Shown here one piece after another: positions 33,301-37,613 of a stretch of DNA of 64,000 nucleotides; position 1 is the first letter of the stretch, and the number at the start of each line of letters is the position of its first letter. The position numbers and the translations under genes are program-made. The DNA lies in the NCBI GenBank assembly GCA_964653455.1, contig CAZZFK010000008.1, forward strand, positions 21,949-85,948, given 5' to 3'. The stretch comes from an uncultured bacterium (GTDB lineage Bacteria; Margulisbacteria; Termititenacia; CAZZFK01). The notes beneath the pieces are model-generated. The model saw only the letters and a program-made list of their open reading frames with translations, did not search any database and had not been told where the DNA came from.

Positions 33301-34240
33301 CATCACACCGTTGCGCTTCCGAGTCCATGGTAACGGTTCGGATGTGGGCAGCCAGTCGATCGCCATCAAGAAGAACGGCGTCGATGCGGTACGGTCCAGC
33401 GAGGATGTGACCCTGGTGAGCAAGCTCGCTGTGGATTTCGCGAAGCCCGGAGAGCAGAGCGTGTTCTCCGTCGTTGCCCGCGACCGCGCCGGCAATGAAA
33501 GCGTACCGGTGACGTTCAATGCCCTGTTCAATCCCAACGGCGGTGTGCGTCTCCTCTCCGGCGATCTGCCTGACGATGTTGATGTGACCGTCGAGGTCGT
33601 GGACCCGAACGATGAACGGATGCAGCAGGCCAATAAGAAATTGAAAGGAGTTATTGCGAACACCCCGCTTGAAGGTACCGTACGCGATTTCACGGCGAGC
33701 GGAGATGTTTTCAACGGCACCGAACTTGAAATGGTCATGCCGTTCCCGACCGCGCTCGGCAGCATCAACCCGTATGACCTGAGGATATATACCTATGATC
33801 CTCTGACCGCCAAGTGGGTACAGGTCCAGGGTGAACATGTTGTCGATCTCGAGGCCCGGGTGATCCGTGTACGCGTCACGCACTTCTCGATCTATCGCGT
33901 GTTCGCGGTCAGACCGTTCGCGAGCAGTCTTTCCAGTGTTCGCGTATACCCGAACCCGTTCAAGCCGGATTCAGGCGACCGCAGCCTGGGCGGTGCGGAG
34001 GATACGTCATATATCACGATCGATAATATCACGCAGACCGCGAAGATACGTATCTACACGATCTCCGGAGAGCTGGTCCGTATCATCGAGGCTGACGAGG
34101 GCGTATCGCAGCTGGAATGGGATGCGACCAACACCGAAGGGGAGCAGGTCGCCAGCGGTGTATACATTTACCTGATCACCGATAAGGACGGACATAAGAA
34201 GATGGGCCGCATAACGATCATACGCGGAGAGGTAGAGTAG
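15320..34240 (+). CDS. Giant secreted multidomain surface protein (6306 aa): Gly-rich region, Pmp-like beta-helix, 3x FG-GAP propellers, Ig-like/cadherin-like domains, LamG-like domain, T9SS-type C-terminal sorting domain
   Basis: A single uninterrupted 18,921-nt ORF. Signal peptide MIMHTRTSGLLKNVLMTAGIMLCVFGSAPAFS. A Gly-rich low-complexity region spans roughly residues 60-270. A right-handed beta-helix with GGAI/FxxN-type repeats (AAGGAIYSLGS…FNSTFLSN) maps to about nt 17940-19170. Three blocks of FG-GAP repeats carry DxDxDG calcium loops (for example DVNGDGYDDIVVA, GDLDGDGYDDFMVGAPY) at about nt 19620-20850, 21470-22400 and 23370-24850. Numerous beta-sandwich domains follow, then a C-terminal VRVYPNPF…GVYIYLIT domain. 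Confidence 0.9.
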   Translation: MIMHTRTSGLLKNVLMTAGIMLCVFGSAPAFSLETQNLAFTVSGSFSIPAGATSVNLAVTLVGAGGNGGDRYYSTALYYSQGGGGGSGYLATSANLIPAASTYYVVVGSPTNVAAGDGSATQLRATSAAGTLLLSATGGTGGITGTTVKGGNGGGGYGGGGGGGAYRSGNIITGGTGGAGSAGAGGSGGAALAGSRGGGGGGGYDSIGTPASGGTASGNAGTGGFGGGNGGTATSVGGTLPSGGYGPYVNGAYRGSGGTGAGFSGAFSAANNKGSNGYAYITMTYAPDVTPPVLNGVPYYSKPFSSGTMMFKWYAASDGTGAGVSDYYYEIYRDECVTDNLVSSGWTTGLSFTYSGGIPGATYYCRVKARDAAPTQNVSTFSDYSQGLLVTNPAIVAKQLTILTIKPSGSQAKKDAHGYYFNGSSATAGDGYELRVNDTTSGEQAHPSLAALKNRNFVAVWSNAGNIYGKIISPTGDIVKAEFKINAYSQYDALSCYPRVAGLSNGMFVVVWEVYNSSGKRDIYIRRFAADGTPYSSTASGSGSTTEVQVGNNVPTLDKRQPDIAALGNGRFVVVFDMTSASTGKSVINKAVYYDTGSLSSPIQLVAIAPIDAAQDCVYPRVASFGPTRNEYAVVWGTEYSISNPPNPPNPAGGDICMISYDNANFATASARLVNQTTSLKQFNPVITGYATGFAVAWASESGSDIGNDGYYFYYRNWGISGYQANDTWSNVFFRQYDVYGVSTNAQQIVEQGSRLTSYLDPAINAIESTASINGMIALCYLKTQDSEALLYQTTYTIPAHTSEVFARFYSLEGSSLSDTSTTINTYTAGIQDGIALASMGAVDKSYLMTAWNSAGQDGSGLGVFARQYVIGPRVLNLTRGKSYATIQAALDDAENNDQIVLIEGVFNLDEPLIFKPGLKVTLRAYTEQGVSRANTIISGQYVSRLMEFGAGVSVSIENLTLVQGAVEETNGYFGAVVSCNSSAKSELFFRNVLFKDNYAAQGGGVMFLQGATRAKAPVVLLETCEFSNNYAADLGGSAIYAVNASVTVDRCLFNGNNSTAAGGAIYSLGSYIYAFNSTFLSNKASTYGGVYYGGEDPTSGQDGELLAERCTFARNSVASTGRGDVLYLANNTAFTARNCLFHHNYLSTAQTYAMVINTSSRAYFYNSTFSAHRGVALWTAGANSIFQAYNTLFTDCGPATSMFAGTALDAIVEHCSVDEALPSKIGTTGTIVGDPKIAFSSYPFLVKGSPCVDSGIYLADVTVDIEAVARPQGVSYDIGAYEGARLFVSDLYPGNSFAAPQDLQIQAVLWMVSCNAQYPLTVTINDLNGATKDATLVFLSTETLYQTDKYQGIIVRVDDTHSRLLVYAKDSSFLENGDHFSVQINSVHTPPRGELYRTDDPEPFFNDEQMEFFVAGVPFLSEWYAGGLTRNNTVSYNSSVGNGADIDQDGYPDLIVGDAGFNGETGQAFLYYGGPEQERDVKAVFTGVTPNSRFGAMVGMAYINKDGYGDVLIGAPGEKKIYLYYGTKALAGASALDTEHPSFVITAPDDSAYGFGEKFDVGDVNGDGYDDIVVAVPSYNSDAGAVFVYNGRSLLAGGKSSAATYRTLSGSGQGFAQAAIVGGDLDLDGVEDIVVGLPDGGTDKAGLAYVYFGAAGTPDFFTAGSLMTKTLQAQVPAANDHFGYSLAKGKDINHDNFADILVGKYTEPGDSGCAWVVYGGVRSDIGSSVKVRTIVQPRDIERDNENVSANSSAQQFGITVASAGDLDGDGYDDFMVGAPYAGSTGMGMIFVYMGGKLIDESFDAYNFNGYVIAGHDAGAHTGASLLNIQDYNADGYDEVAFNDRFAGKNTVHVMYNAAATDIAAPVITYAMPRTGMAGVPENPTFNITIYDRGKSGLNLASIEVRLYPRGMGEADSLEAYLQRKIINSAGLDTAGSTGFNSAQVKDAYMVLTLASGVTVPIAAGIPVDDYNDALGMVKAISIYFTLNDVLESSEGYELEVKAQDWGAVLPAYQYTGQYFSGLALTPNIISFSTNQKLFVSGNTGTNVKSIGDFNGDGLDDVAVFTPGATYGEIYNTTNASWFVGIPAPGTNANKGYVLLYFGGPDIKFDTPNVILVGGDTSGTFATDVFGIPQVTLTHADSGDVYHDVVVLEGKAVNDSGYSRVHVFSGQAMDKTDTPVIMSNGVPSQVSKNVYIDRGIPLYDINGDDYPDIAVSDGGTSNAVYVLYGSGTGFQTNKSVISGPAGSAFGSALAECGRTLVIGAPNASYGDFEYRGAVGVVANNTDETLLPDKIVAVGEMWLGARAGAHFGASLASGYFNDTYTSPNTVATGAYPDIAIGAPNDDQFAENAGSVTIFFGKSALFTPLPVATPDVVLLPESIDSEFGTRLAAAKYLSTPAHYKRWALGYDRYNKDYFDNYDDLIVSARTYDNAMASTTGNGKIYIYAGGTTLSQTADAGYLGGAREELSLITNGGDVLGMNSDSLFVIKASEGAGQFYLLQNRDIPDTVYPTFVRVYPPNDSYDVSVDSDIIFEVSDASGILKESLIVYRYRKDYTDTSREIVKAGVVADKSQTNPIKEYELVSADIGSSGTTVRFTLSPHPQNYEPLPGEYPAGQWTESEPVNVDLYIGDKRTVWVSDTKKNIQSLMTKLNYGFMTKFKANEAQKIQLLGEEDMPNTYFGSSIASVGDVNADGYTDFVIGEYGNNQYGPYSGKAYLYLGSGDFYELARADLTLTLGSGTASSRFGYKVAPAGDMNNDGYDDVAVTALNSGSTGAEVFVLFGGPGVISGLNSARWDLTFLNTYATVVQGAYPQDGFGTAVYGNGDINGDGYDDLLIGAPYTDIDSKEEAGRVYVILGRKYESSYGQTGARHLNPDNEGGARGPIRATELAELSADTLSSFDPSDTNGTLRGFCISGTTAYERFGSAVMSGVNINGDTAVVAVNNAANVNATKNTEVSELLIGAPGTSHAKGAVHVYSFNTGTKVLSRATLLTGEAEGDQFGSSLTSMGDMTNDLELLGTEYEEFAVGAPYNNANGTDAGSAYLYLGKSDCASVTSAYLAFYGQNAGDAFGYALANVGNVDNDQYGNNDLAISAPFNARGGKNAGRVYIFGSALSSEKPHTLVMDKMADYANEGEAGYVFGYDVSGLGDLDGDFVPEYLIGAPSYASNNIENRGRVFLYTNPDDFGPTLNLAWLNPQDGSTGNKKVHSYFDETLSATVNIPLTIRLYAKDNRIVYINGSSVELRGEDENKAYTYRFSNPVTGVNYYTIHNRKIVEFFVVHPYYRYGEMVDVTANIIDVCGNKLGANMALTPNYMGAPYTFRFQVEENPYDGPSKLVAKVNPVPDTNGAGLYGDSKLYTDNPNISVALAARDMKGGVCYVNFGMGSLDIMQVVDNIPVSQLSGLAGAVTADMFDDDGSTAITFNINVSANNFKVYNPYSSFGRATLSSGDGVKTFAFQAWDMSLNPSEVVTVSIILDTLPPTISERCPTPGSTGVANQVSVSFTASDAGSGINLENLSVVVARGADRYQYFVPYGLQSVVFAPFTENCSTNTSVADYFAQINNGSLQDGIGCISTEGIADLSAGTMLRSGSSVYNDGVISLTLSGFDYTQDALELAFRSDITVEGIVEQGYALSLERVSGQTYSRLSLKKVLPKSTVVLATRNLTTVDSSQTAPRLQVVMNGSYLKVFWNNELKIEMQDNTYITGRVGIAAPAGKHIALDQIDIVRLPAITITAGDDADTQLVHQNNFENDTAEFTNGTDVAAGRVDDPDTDGIEPINQVLRLTSSPTTISFYTDASSIPGLASDHVINFKYLVSNAGSAGTVFFRVQDQNNGYILSLEGSTVRWGKLVNGTYYDSESGWCATSDITLASRTNAVNEWSSYTLKVNGTKFTLLQDAVVLSSVTDVDAAHPAFISGGFGFAAIGGNIIYLDDLSASNILKNKLYATISLPYFNYEDEISISINIEDMTAADYPTHRIVDHFSFTVSPDYRAPYDPSVVIDDGAEYSRLMVFVSANAVDDMGVVDIFISGDVTNNGLTEGMTTVDAWVSANAEDYAIYLDPYLSEGYRNLEPSDGKRIVSVKFRDAQGNVSAIATDDILLSYFSTEGRPVISKFFINGATRAAAEKAKFTSSNTVALYIDGFDVEGVTPTTEGKIVAYRLMGHITANTQVEPGKWYPYPATKIIPAVALATSEGIRTIAMQFLDRDYITANATDSDVVVQLAAINDQTASINSLGRTSSWNYASITFDRTPPFFNFWLNNPVNMYRSSYFCRSEGKLSGSWKASDTYSGIARYDYCIYEVSQNTGWVTASLSYETSTNYTLIQAWKTVPAAQIINDLATVTSNLALESGKDGYCFVVNAIDGAGNVAQVTTNLLAVDITKPYATVYYDSSALLSRPVFDIDFADDRAGLYQVSVALNNKFGAQRIITNINEDEVGIPSKNGAYRTLYSKNWRLDDDIWADLAEGENTLYFKITDAAGNVVYPSDSDSTGETSYTFIKDTLAPTGTARFNGGALYTKNLVTTVNVDFSSEGYFGMVYMTRYPVSEDMFLEDHSFEDAGDLGVLPSWNMVMNGLSSSQVSMSVKLFGSTATTKNTACSIKDGLYGLVVSFNVSTQGNESAKLGGWALQKQVNIATANVTYNFHGFVNVANISGIATGSEWIVADVSYYDSTLGQTVRVVCPDTIWNGEADSKSGWNMFQGNIFIPNNSEVTLRFTFGAKTWQNTNGYIVLDDINFIPGGDLVVTENKSISFLYNLESGDDGYRKIYVAARDQAGNWKNSEKSIFYDTTPPSFNAPNCGVQLYTISGNGTYQKNNTKLMCGYRADDGLGSGVSFYTYTIDVSMMVTADADGDLVEPVWTEYKSVSGKTAVLTTDDIPTRRNTSYRYRVRAVDALGNTSNYTTSNVVIVDVDAPQSFVTVSASLPDGINPQGSGWYKDGPILVTISAVDHSRVFNTLYDLPTRNGCGVSTINYVKGYVRDGVAVLEPTVSVTIVSPTQEVTVAIDHAGQNLFGYWASDALGWTETPNWVNSENLHIDKDAPVVTSNLHIYSYPNAKRWFSADNLPVEYTLDDQLRAHVVSGNLLHRADRLGDGTSRLYYKVDDNPTGNLYADRRELGSIFPFAVLPTLNGEITGWDKTAAAGLSPYVEPFTLRSADGVLPPLDGEGVHIVYYWAEDKYEHVSTVNFVDDIRIDNGKPELSLNMGGSFQTVWCTDPAGIQAIIEVRDFYETPVSYNSAWYRGQMPPSGWMIDEGEKTIIPGSGIKSFWYQLNSEIPTEVTFPGEEDPLIDYLEYRFTKTFVVPIMTNGYNVLRYIITDNAYNVADIHSGHLEWHSDLRSWISDSDTGMIRYIRLDNEPPTAAAVLLNRYKAAPLYTNNRLVSCNLQAQDFGIGVKYAMIYGYDDSIPDAENNPYAWTALEPTINVLYQFFTTNTWNMIADTDADRYWDFDNNRSPRAIVDMHKYIYLEDRDGTKNVQAVFADDFGMPYESVSADEECAYVTYQSWRDNVSANGQYPVFTTAEKARLDAIPFEKWPTRAVYIARMPAIENHASVTASTLIILDRQIVAGSVTSSTVLQTKYGPYVTTRNVKLSISHDDPSELSGIDAVMIYGDLAENGKNNVWLPYTSGSSQDITVLIPQAEYDSVTIDLYVVWRDRAGNISTPVTMSFQYETPMQADNPQYRINFPTAGWYMTTRNVSVLLNFPGANYVHFVGDVDSTFSTLNYRTNVSCMLSEGDGLKAMGIWLEDRLISTITMTQNFLLDRSAPSGTDNVNTGIIYEDQNGATFTLSFSDVPTPGIQVSGIKKIYYQINSEAVVTVEVRDASGYYSAPTANKITVTIRNKSAHNQLKYWAEDMAGNISAVTAISGIKVNTLPIAVPQLSPVTVNRYTDVLPGEDVYYVNSRTVTFNFSAVNADRMWLYGDIVEDGTGPVVITVGGVTKRSVQLTGAENVVQHVRVVYGDDFSSIGGKTISTTLNIILDTVAPASPSLVSLSAQVSASIYCTSITPLRFRVHGNGSDVGSQSIAIKKNGVDAVRSSEDVTLVSKLAVDFAKPGEQSVFSVVARDRAGNESVPVTFNALFNPNGGVRLLSGDLPDDVDVTVEVVDPNDERMQQANKKLKGVIANTPLEGTVRDFTASGDVFNGTELEMVMPFPTALGSINPYDLRIYTYDPLTAKWVQVQGEHVVDLEARVIRVRVTHFSIYRVFAVRPFASSLSSVRVYPNPFKPDSGDRSLGGAEDTSYITIDNITQTAKIRIYTISGELVRIIEADEGVSQLEWDATNTEGEQVASGVYIYLITDKDGHKKMGRITIIRGEVE
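33938..34237 (+). other. T9SS-type (Por_Secre_tail / FlgD-Ig-like) C-terminal sorting domain of the giant protein
   Basis: VRVYPNPFKPD…AKIRIYTISGELVRII…EWDATNTEGEQVASGVYIYLIT matches the hallmarks of type-A CTDs (YPNP motif, …iYd.sGrlV…, GvYfy…). Confidence 0.6.
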
Positions 34241-34274
34241 GTCTTTTCCCGGATAAAGGATATACGGATGATGG

Positions 34275-34306
34275 ACAGGGGCCGCATTATGCGGCCCCTG
34301 TCTTTT
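34275..34306 (+). terminator. Rho-independent terminator downstream of the giant gene
   Basis: A perfect GC-rich hairpin caggggccgc-atta-tgcggcccctg (10-bp stem) is followed by tcttttat. Confidence 0.6.
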
Positions 34307-34504
34307 ATGTATAGGGCCGTATTTCTTTTGCTAAGCCCCTTTTTTAGTAAATCCCAGGTATAAAAAGTCGTTCAGGTGGGCATACCTACAGAGGATAGGC
34401 GAACATGAAAATGGACCAGATAAAAGGCATACATTTTTTTAGTGTTCAATGACGATAGTATGGGTGTACAGCACCATACATGCATTTCTTTTGTGGGGGA
34501 AGAA

Positions 34505-35698
34505 ATGAAAAAAGATATCAGGACGGTAATCATTTCTTTATTGATCATGTGCGTTTGCGTAGCCTCGGCACAGGCCGGCGGCGTAGGGACTTCAGGCGCG
34601 AACTACCTCAAGATCGATGCGGGCGCACGTTCTGCGGCCCTTGGCAGTGCGTATGTGGGTCTAGCCAATGATATCAACGCGTTGTACTTCAATCCTGCAG
34701 GTCTTGTTGCTATTCCGCATGCGGCCGTTGATACGATGCAGCTCAATTGGCTGGCGGATATCACGCAGCAGCAGATCGCAGGCGTTATTCCGGTCGAGGG
34801 CTGGGGCGTGTTCGGAGGTTATTATTCCAGTCTTGCCACACCGTATGATAAAGAGACCAAGTATGATTCGGCGTACGGATATGCGTCCACGGGGGATCAA
34901 TTCAACAGCGAAGTGAAGGTCATTGATGTCGCCTATGCCTTTTCCATCAATAAAGAACTGAGCGCCGGTCTGGGCGTGAAGACCATCGAAGAACGTCTGG
35001 CCGATGTCAAAAAGACCGGCATGGCGGCGGATGTCGGTCTGCTGTATCGGGGCTTCTTTTTCAAGGAACTGTCGGTCGGTGCGGTCGTTCAGAACATCTC
35101 GGTATCTCCTCTTCGAACGGACGAGCCGCTCCCGCAGACGATCGTTATCGGGATGGCGTATACGATGAGCTTGTTCGAGACGCAGCGCCTGACCTTCCTT
35201 TCGGACGTCGGGATCCCCAATGACGGTGTAACCGCGCTGGGTGTCGGGGTTGAATATGCACTGAACCGCTATATCGCTTTCCGCGTGGGATATAAGGATA
35301 AGGTCGGGTTCACATTGGGCGGCGGACTTTCGTTCGGCAACCTTAATCTGAACTATGCATATGTGCCGTATGGGGAGCTGGGCAATTCGTATCGTATCGC
35401 CGTCGGCTATGATTTTGATACTGTCGATACTGAAGGAACGGTCGAAACGCCTGTCGAGCCGGTGAAAGAAATGACCAAAGAAGAGCTGTTCAAGGAAGAA
35501 AAGAAGGCCGCTCCGGCAGTGAAACCGGCCGCTACAGCGGTCGAGAAAAAGATAGAAACGCCGGCTGCCGATAATAAGTCCTTGTTCGAAGAAGCGAAGC
35601 CTGTTGAGACGGAAAAGAAGGTCGAAACTCCTGCCCCAAAAGCGGTAGAAGCGGTCCCGACGGTAAGTGCGGGATTCGACGGTCTCTTCGATCAATAA
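34505..35698 (+). CDS. FadL/TodX/PorV-like outer-membrane beta-barrel protein with a Lys/Glu/Pro/Ala-rich C-terminal tail
   Basis: Signal peptide MKKDIRTVIISLLIMCVCVASAQA. The N-terminal motif LGSAYVGLANDINALYFNPAGL parallels the FadL N-terminal hatch motif ([25 protein letters not shown]). A barrel-like amphipathic C-terminal strand ends …RIAVGYDF, followed by about 90 aa of low-complexity KEPA-rich sequence. The start is set at the in-frame ATG 34505. Confidence 0.65.
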   Translation: MKKDIRTVIISLLIMCVCVASAQAGGVGTSGANYLKIDAGARSAALGSAYVGLANDINALYFNPAGLVAIPHAAVDTMQLNWLADITQQQIAGVIPVEGWGVFGGYYSSLATPYDKETKYDSAYGYASTGDQFNSEVKVIDVAYAFSINKELSAGLGVKTIEERLADVKKTGMAADVGLLYRGFFFKELSVGAVVQNISVSPLRTDEPLPQTIVIGMAYTMSLFETQRLTFLSDVGIPNDGVTALGVGVEYALNRYIAFRVGYKDKVGFTLGGGLSFGNLNLNYAYVPYGELGNSYRIAVGYDFDTVDTEGTVETPVEPVKEMTKEELFKEEKKAAPAVKPAATAVEKKIETPAADNKSLFEEAKPVETEKKVETPAPKAVEAVPTVSAGFDGLFDQ

Positions 35699-35754
35699 CG
35701 AATACCGGGCAGTGAATAACTAACGACGGTCCGTTATCTACTGAGCGCTGTTCG

Positions 35755-36381
35755 TTATTTTTTTGTATGTTCGATGAAGTTCTTCAGTATCATCAATCCC
35801 CACGGGCTGCTTTTTTCCGGATGGAACTGGGTCGCGAAAACAGTGCCGTGTTCAATGGCTGCCGTGAACGGGATGCCGTACGAGCTTTGTCCGCTGACGA
35901 TACTTGTGTCATCCGGTCTTGCGTAGTACGAGTGCACGAAATAAAAGAACGCGTTATCGGGTATCCCTTTGAACAGGACCCCCGGTCTTTTTTGTTCGAC
36001 CTGGTTCCAGCCCATGTGGGGTATCGGTAGGCGTTCCGTGGCAGTATCGCCGAAGCAGAACAGGGGGACAGTCCCTTTTATAAGCCCGAGCCCCGCCGTA
36101 TCCGGAGACTCGTCCCCGCGCTCAAAAAGGACCTGCAGCCCGAGGCATATGCCCAAGAACGGTGTTCCCTGCGCGACCTTTTCTTTGATGATCGATATCA
36201 GGCCGTACTCCTTGAGGTTCTTCATGGCCGCACCGAAGGCCCCGACGCCCGGCAGGATCAGTGCGTCAGCGCTTTCTATGTCCTTGGGACTGGATGAGAT
36301 GAGCGCGGAATATCCGAGCTTTTCAATGCTTTTTTGCACGCTGCGGAGATTACCCATGCCGTAGTCGATTATCGTCAACAT
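35755..36381 (-). CDS. hisH: Imidazole glycerol phosphate synthase glutamine amidotransferase subunit HisH
   Basis: MLTIIDYGMGNLRSVQKSIEKLGY plus a class-I GATase triad (GICLGLQ…, C-terminal H/E). 208 aa. Confidence 0.9.
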   Translation of the reverse strand: MLTIIDYGMGNLRSVQKSIEKLGYSALISSSPKDIESADALILPGVGAFGAAMKNLKEYGLISIIKEKVAQGTPFLGICLGLQVLFERGDESPDTAGLGLIKGTVPLFCFGDTATERLPIPHMGWNQVEQKRPGVLFKGIPDNAFFYFVHSYYARPDDTSIVSGQSSYGIPFTAAIEHGTVFATQFHPEKSSPWGLMILKNFIEHTKK

Positions 36382-36400
36382 GATGCGATATTCCTTTGTT

Positions 36401-36463
36401 CAAGTGATGAGTGGCATGTGGCATGTGCCGTGGAGCGTATTTCCTGCCACTTGTTTCTCGTCA
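36401..36463. repeat. Intergenic GTGATGAGTGGCATGTGGCATGTGCC motif with an inverted partner (instance 2)
   Basis: caagtgatgagtggcatgtggcatgtgccgtgg … gccacttgtttctcgtcac. The two arms form an imperfect inverted repeat (GTGAYGAG…GTGGC). It lies between the hisH start and the ROK kinase stop. Confidence 0.4.
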
Positions 36464-37411
36464 CTTTTTTTGCATGATCAGAGCTGCGGCGCCAAACAAC
36501 CCGACATGTTTTTTCAGTTTTGCCGGGAGGAGCATGATCTTTTTGTTCGGGGTCATCAGTTCAAAATGGGTCAATCCTTTTTTGATCGCATCAAAGAAAG
36601 GTCTGCCGTTATGTGCGACGCCTCCGCCGATAATGATGGCTTCCGGGTCGAGTATATTGACCAGGCTGACGATGCCCGCGGCAAGATGCATGCCCTGTTC
36701 GGTGATGAGCGCCTGTGCGATCCGATCGTTCTTTTTCGCGGCCTGATAGATGCGCGCGGCCGTTATCTGTTCAGGGTCATTATTGCAGATCCGGGCCAGG
36801 GGCGATGCGGTATCGAAGAGCTCTTTTGCTTTTGCCGCGAGACCTGTGCCGGAGGCCAGGGTCTCCAGTTTTCCCATGTTCTTCAGGCGTACGCCATGGG
36901 TCGCTTCTATGATGGCATGGCCCACTTCTCCTGCGGTCAGATGACTTCCATAATAGAGCTTTTTATCCAGGATGATCCCGCCGCCTATCCCGGTACTGAC
37001 GGTGATATAGATGAAGTTCCGGTATCTCTTCCCTGCGCCAAAGATGCTCTCCGCAAGAGCGGCAGCGTTGGCGTCATTATCGATGATCGAGGGGAGGGGA
37101 ATATCTTTCTTTAGCCGTTTCACTATGGGGAAACCGTTCCAGATCTTCAGGTTCGGCGCGTTCAGAATTATCCCTTTTTTAATGTCGACAATGCCCGGAA
37201 GCCCCAGACCGATACCGGCCACATCGTCGATCGGATAGACGGCTAAAAAATCATTGATGCAGGTGCGTATGCTTTGGTATATGGCCTCGGCGCTGTTGCG
37301 GGGAGTGGGAAGGAACACCTCTTGTAAAAGTTTGCCGGTCATTGTGGTGACGCCGGCAGCGATCTTTGTTCCGCCGACATCAATGCCTATGATGTATTTT
37401 TTGTTATTCAT
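36461..37411 (-). CDS. ROK-family sugar kinase (glucokinase/N-acetylglucosamine kinase-like)
   Basis: N-terminal IGIDVGGTKIAAGV ATPase motif and the ROK signature region (…HLTAGEVGH…) in a 316-aa protein. Confidence 0.85.
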   Translation of the reverse strand: MNNKKYIIGIDVGGTKIAAGVTTMTGKLLQEVFLPTPRNSAEAIYQSIRTCINDFLAVYPIDDVAGIGLGLPGIVDIKKGIILNAPNLKIWNGFPIVKRLKKDIPLPSIIDNDANAAALAESIFGAGKRYRNFIYITVSTGIGGGIILDKKLYYGSHLTAGEVGHAIIEATHGVRLKNMGKLETLASGTGLAAKAKELFDTASPLARICNNDPEQITAARIYQAAKKNDRIAQALITEQGMHLAAGIVSLVNILDPEAIIIGGGVAHNGRPFFDAIKKGLTHFELMTPNKKIMLLPAKLKKHVGLFGAAALIMQKK

Positions 37412-37425
37412 AAGTTAGTTGTTTT

Positions 37426-37480
37426 AAGTGACATGTGACAGGCGGCCCCGCTGTACTCAGGTCAGCTTGTGGCATGTATG
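37426..37480. repeat. Intergenic AGTGACATGTGACAGGCGGC … CTTGTGGCATGT motif (instance 3)
   Basis: It lies in the divergent region between the ROK kinase gene (minus) and the 759-aa secreted protein gene (plus). Confidence 0.35.
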
Positions 37481-37613
37481 AACTTTTATTCACACACTGT
37501 TCGTTTCTTGCCACTTTTTCTCGTATCTTCAGCAGAGTATAACACAGAATATGCTGGACAAAAATGTTGAAAATGCTACAATAATGCTGAAAAATCAAAC
37601 AGGGGGGCGTGTT

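Noticed and set aside
34661-35695. 344-aa minus-strand ORF
   Set aside because: It is antisense to the FadL/PorV-like barrel gene, whose sense frame has a signal peptide plus barrel motifs. The translation is Arg-rich low complexity.
36380-37114. 244-aa plus-strand ORF and the 36411-36746, 36715-36912 and 36750-36944 ORFs
   Set aside because: They are antisense to the ROK kinase gene and have Cys/Arg-rich non-homologous translations.
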